From Mobula hypostoma (taxonomy: Eukaryota): a DNA stretch of 64,000 nucleotides. Below, in pieces: positions 62,649 through 64,000 of this stretch. Where the stretch lies: contig NC_086097.1 in assembly GCF_963921235.1 (NCBI RefSeq), forward strand, positions 80,044,001 through 80,108,000, read 5' to 3'. A model generated the notes under the pieces. It did no database searches. It saw nothing but the letters and a program-made list of their open reading frames with translations, and was not told the origin of the DNA. How positions within the stretch are numbered: the stretch's first letter is position 1; the number at the start of each line of letters is the position of its first letter. The translations under genes were made by a program, and so were the position numbers.

Positions 62649-64000
62649 TTAGACAATAGACAATAGGTGCAGGAGTAGGCCATTCGGCCCTTCGAGCCAG
62701 TACCGCCATTCACTGTGATCATGGCTGATCATCCACTATCAGTATCCCGTTCCTGCCTTACCTCCATAACCTTTGATTCCACTAACTTTAAGAGCTCTAT
62801 CCATCTCTTTTTTGAAAGCATCCAGAGACTTGGCCTCCACAGCCTTCTGGGGCAGAGCATTCCATATATCCACCACTCTCTGGGTGAAAAAGTTTTTCCT
62901 CAACTCAGTTCTAAATGGTCTACCCCTAATTCTTAAACTGTGGCCTCTGGTTCTGGACTCACCCATCAGCGGGAACATGCTTCCTGCCTGCAGCGTGTCC
63001 AATCCCTTAATAATCTTATATGTTTCAATAAGATCCCCTCTCAGCCTTCTAAATTCCAGAGTATACAAGCCCAGTCGCTCCAATCTTTCGACATATGACA
63101 GTCCCGCCATCCCGGGAATTAACCTTGTGAACCTACGCTGCACTCCCTCAATAGCAAGAATATCCTTCCTCAAATTTGGAGACCAAAACTGCACACAGTA
63201 CTCCAGGTGTGGTCTCACCAGGGCCCTGTACAGCTGCAGAAGGACCTCTTTGCTCTTATACTCATTTCCCCTTGTTATGAAGGCCAGCATGCCATTAGCT
63301 TTTTTCACTGCCTGCTGTACTTGCATGCTTGCTTTCAGTGACTGATGTACAAGAACACCTAGATCTCGTTGTGCTTCTCCTTTTCCTAACTTGACTCCAT
63401 TTAGATAATAATCTGCCTTCCTGTTCTTACCACCAAAGTGGATAACCTCACATTTATCCACGTTAAACTGCATCTGCCATACATCTGCCCACTCATCCAG
63501 CCTGTCCAAGTCACCCTGCATTCTCATAACATCCTCCTCACATTTCACACGGCCTCCCAGCTTTGTGTCATCGGCAAATTTGCTAATGTTACTTTTAATT
63601 CCCTCATCTAAATCATTAATATATATTGTAAACAGCTGCGGTCCAAGCACTGAACCCTGCAGTACCCCACTGGTCACCGCCTGCCATTCCAATAGGGACC
63701 CGTTAATCGCTACTCTTTGTTTTCTGTCAGCCAGCCAATTTTCAATCCATGTCAGTACTCTGCCCCCAATACCACGTGCCCTAATTTTGCCCACTAATCT
63801 CCTATGTGGGACTTTATCAAAGGCTTTCCGAAAGTCCAGGTACACTACATCCACTGGCTCTCCCTTGTCCATTTTCATAGTTACATCCTCAAAAAATTCC
63901 AGAAGATTAGTCAAGCATGATTTCCCCTTCATAAATCCATGCTGACTCGGACCAATCCTGTTACTACTATCCAGATGTGTTGTAATTTCATCTTTTATAA
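62649..64000 (-). mobile_element. Young CR1 LINE, open RT frame running off the window end
   Basis: Uninterrupted ORF 62739-63932 and beyond (YLDFRKAFDKVPH, SKFADDTKLGG, RPHLEYCVQFW). (ctattgt)n tail at 62649-62665. Confidence 0.96.

Noticed and set aside
62773..63945. Long plus-strand ORFs (also at 25535, 50138, 61496)
   Set aside because: Antisense shadows of LINE RT frames.

Overview
AT-rich vertebrate non-coding DNA, probably intronic or intergenic. It is most likely from a cartilaginous fish, inferred from the repeat set: a V-SINE/HE1-like SINE plus abundant CR1, Rex1/Babar-like LINEs and Penelope-like elements. No host gene can be confidently called, and every recognisable long ORF is transposon-derived. 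The window holds CR1, Rex1/Babar-like and L1 fragments, Tc1, Tigger/pogo, mariner-type MITEs, hAT and Harbinger remnants, solo LTRs, a tiny two-LTR Gypsy-like element, and a decayed env-containing endogenous retrovirus. It also has about 15 pieces of Penelope-like elements (PLEs). The most interesting signal is a minimal type I hammerhead ribozyme in the PLE pseudo-LTR (AGTC-CTGACGA-A-GGGTCTCGGCCC-GAAAC-GTC-GACT), present about 10 times. Several PLE insertions are TSD-flanked fold-backs of 115 bp to 2 kb that share one inversion start point. PLE hammerheads are an established class, so the local architecture is what merits follow-up. Coordinates were read by eye and may be off by a few bases.
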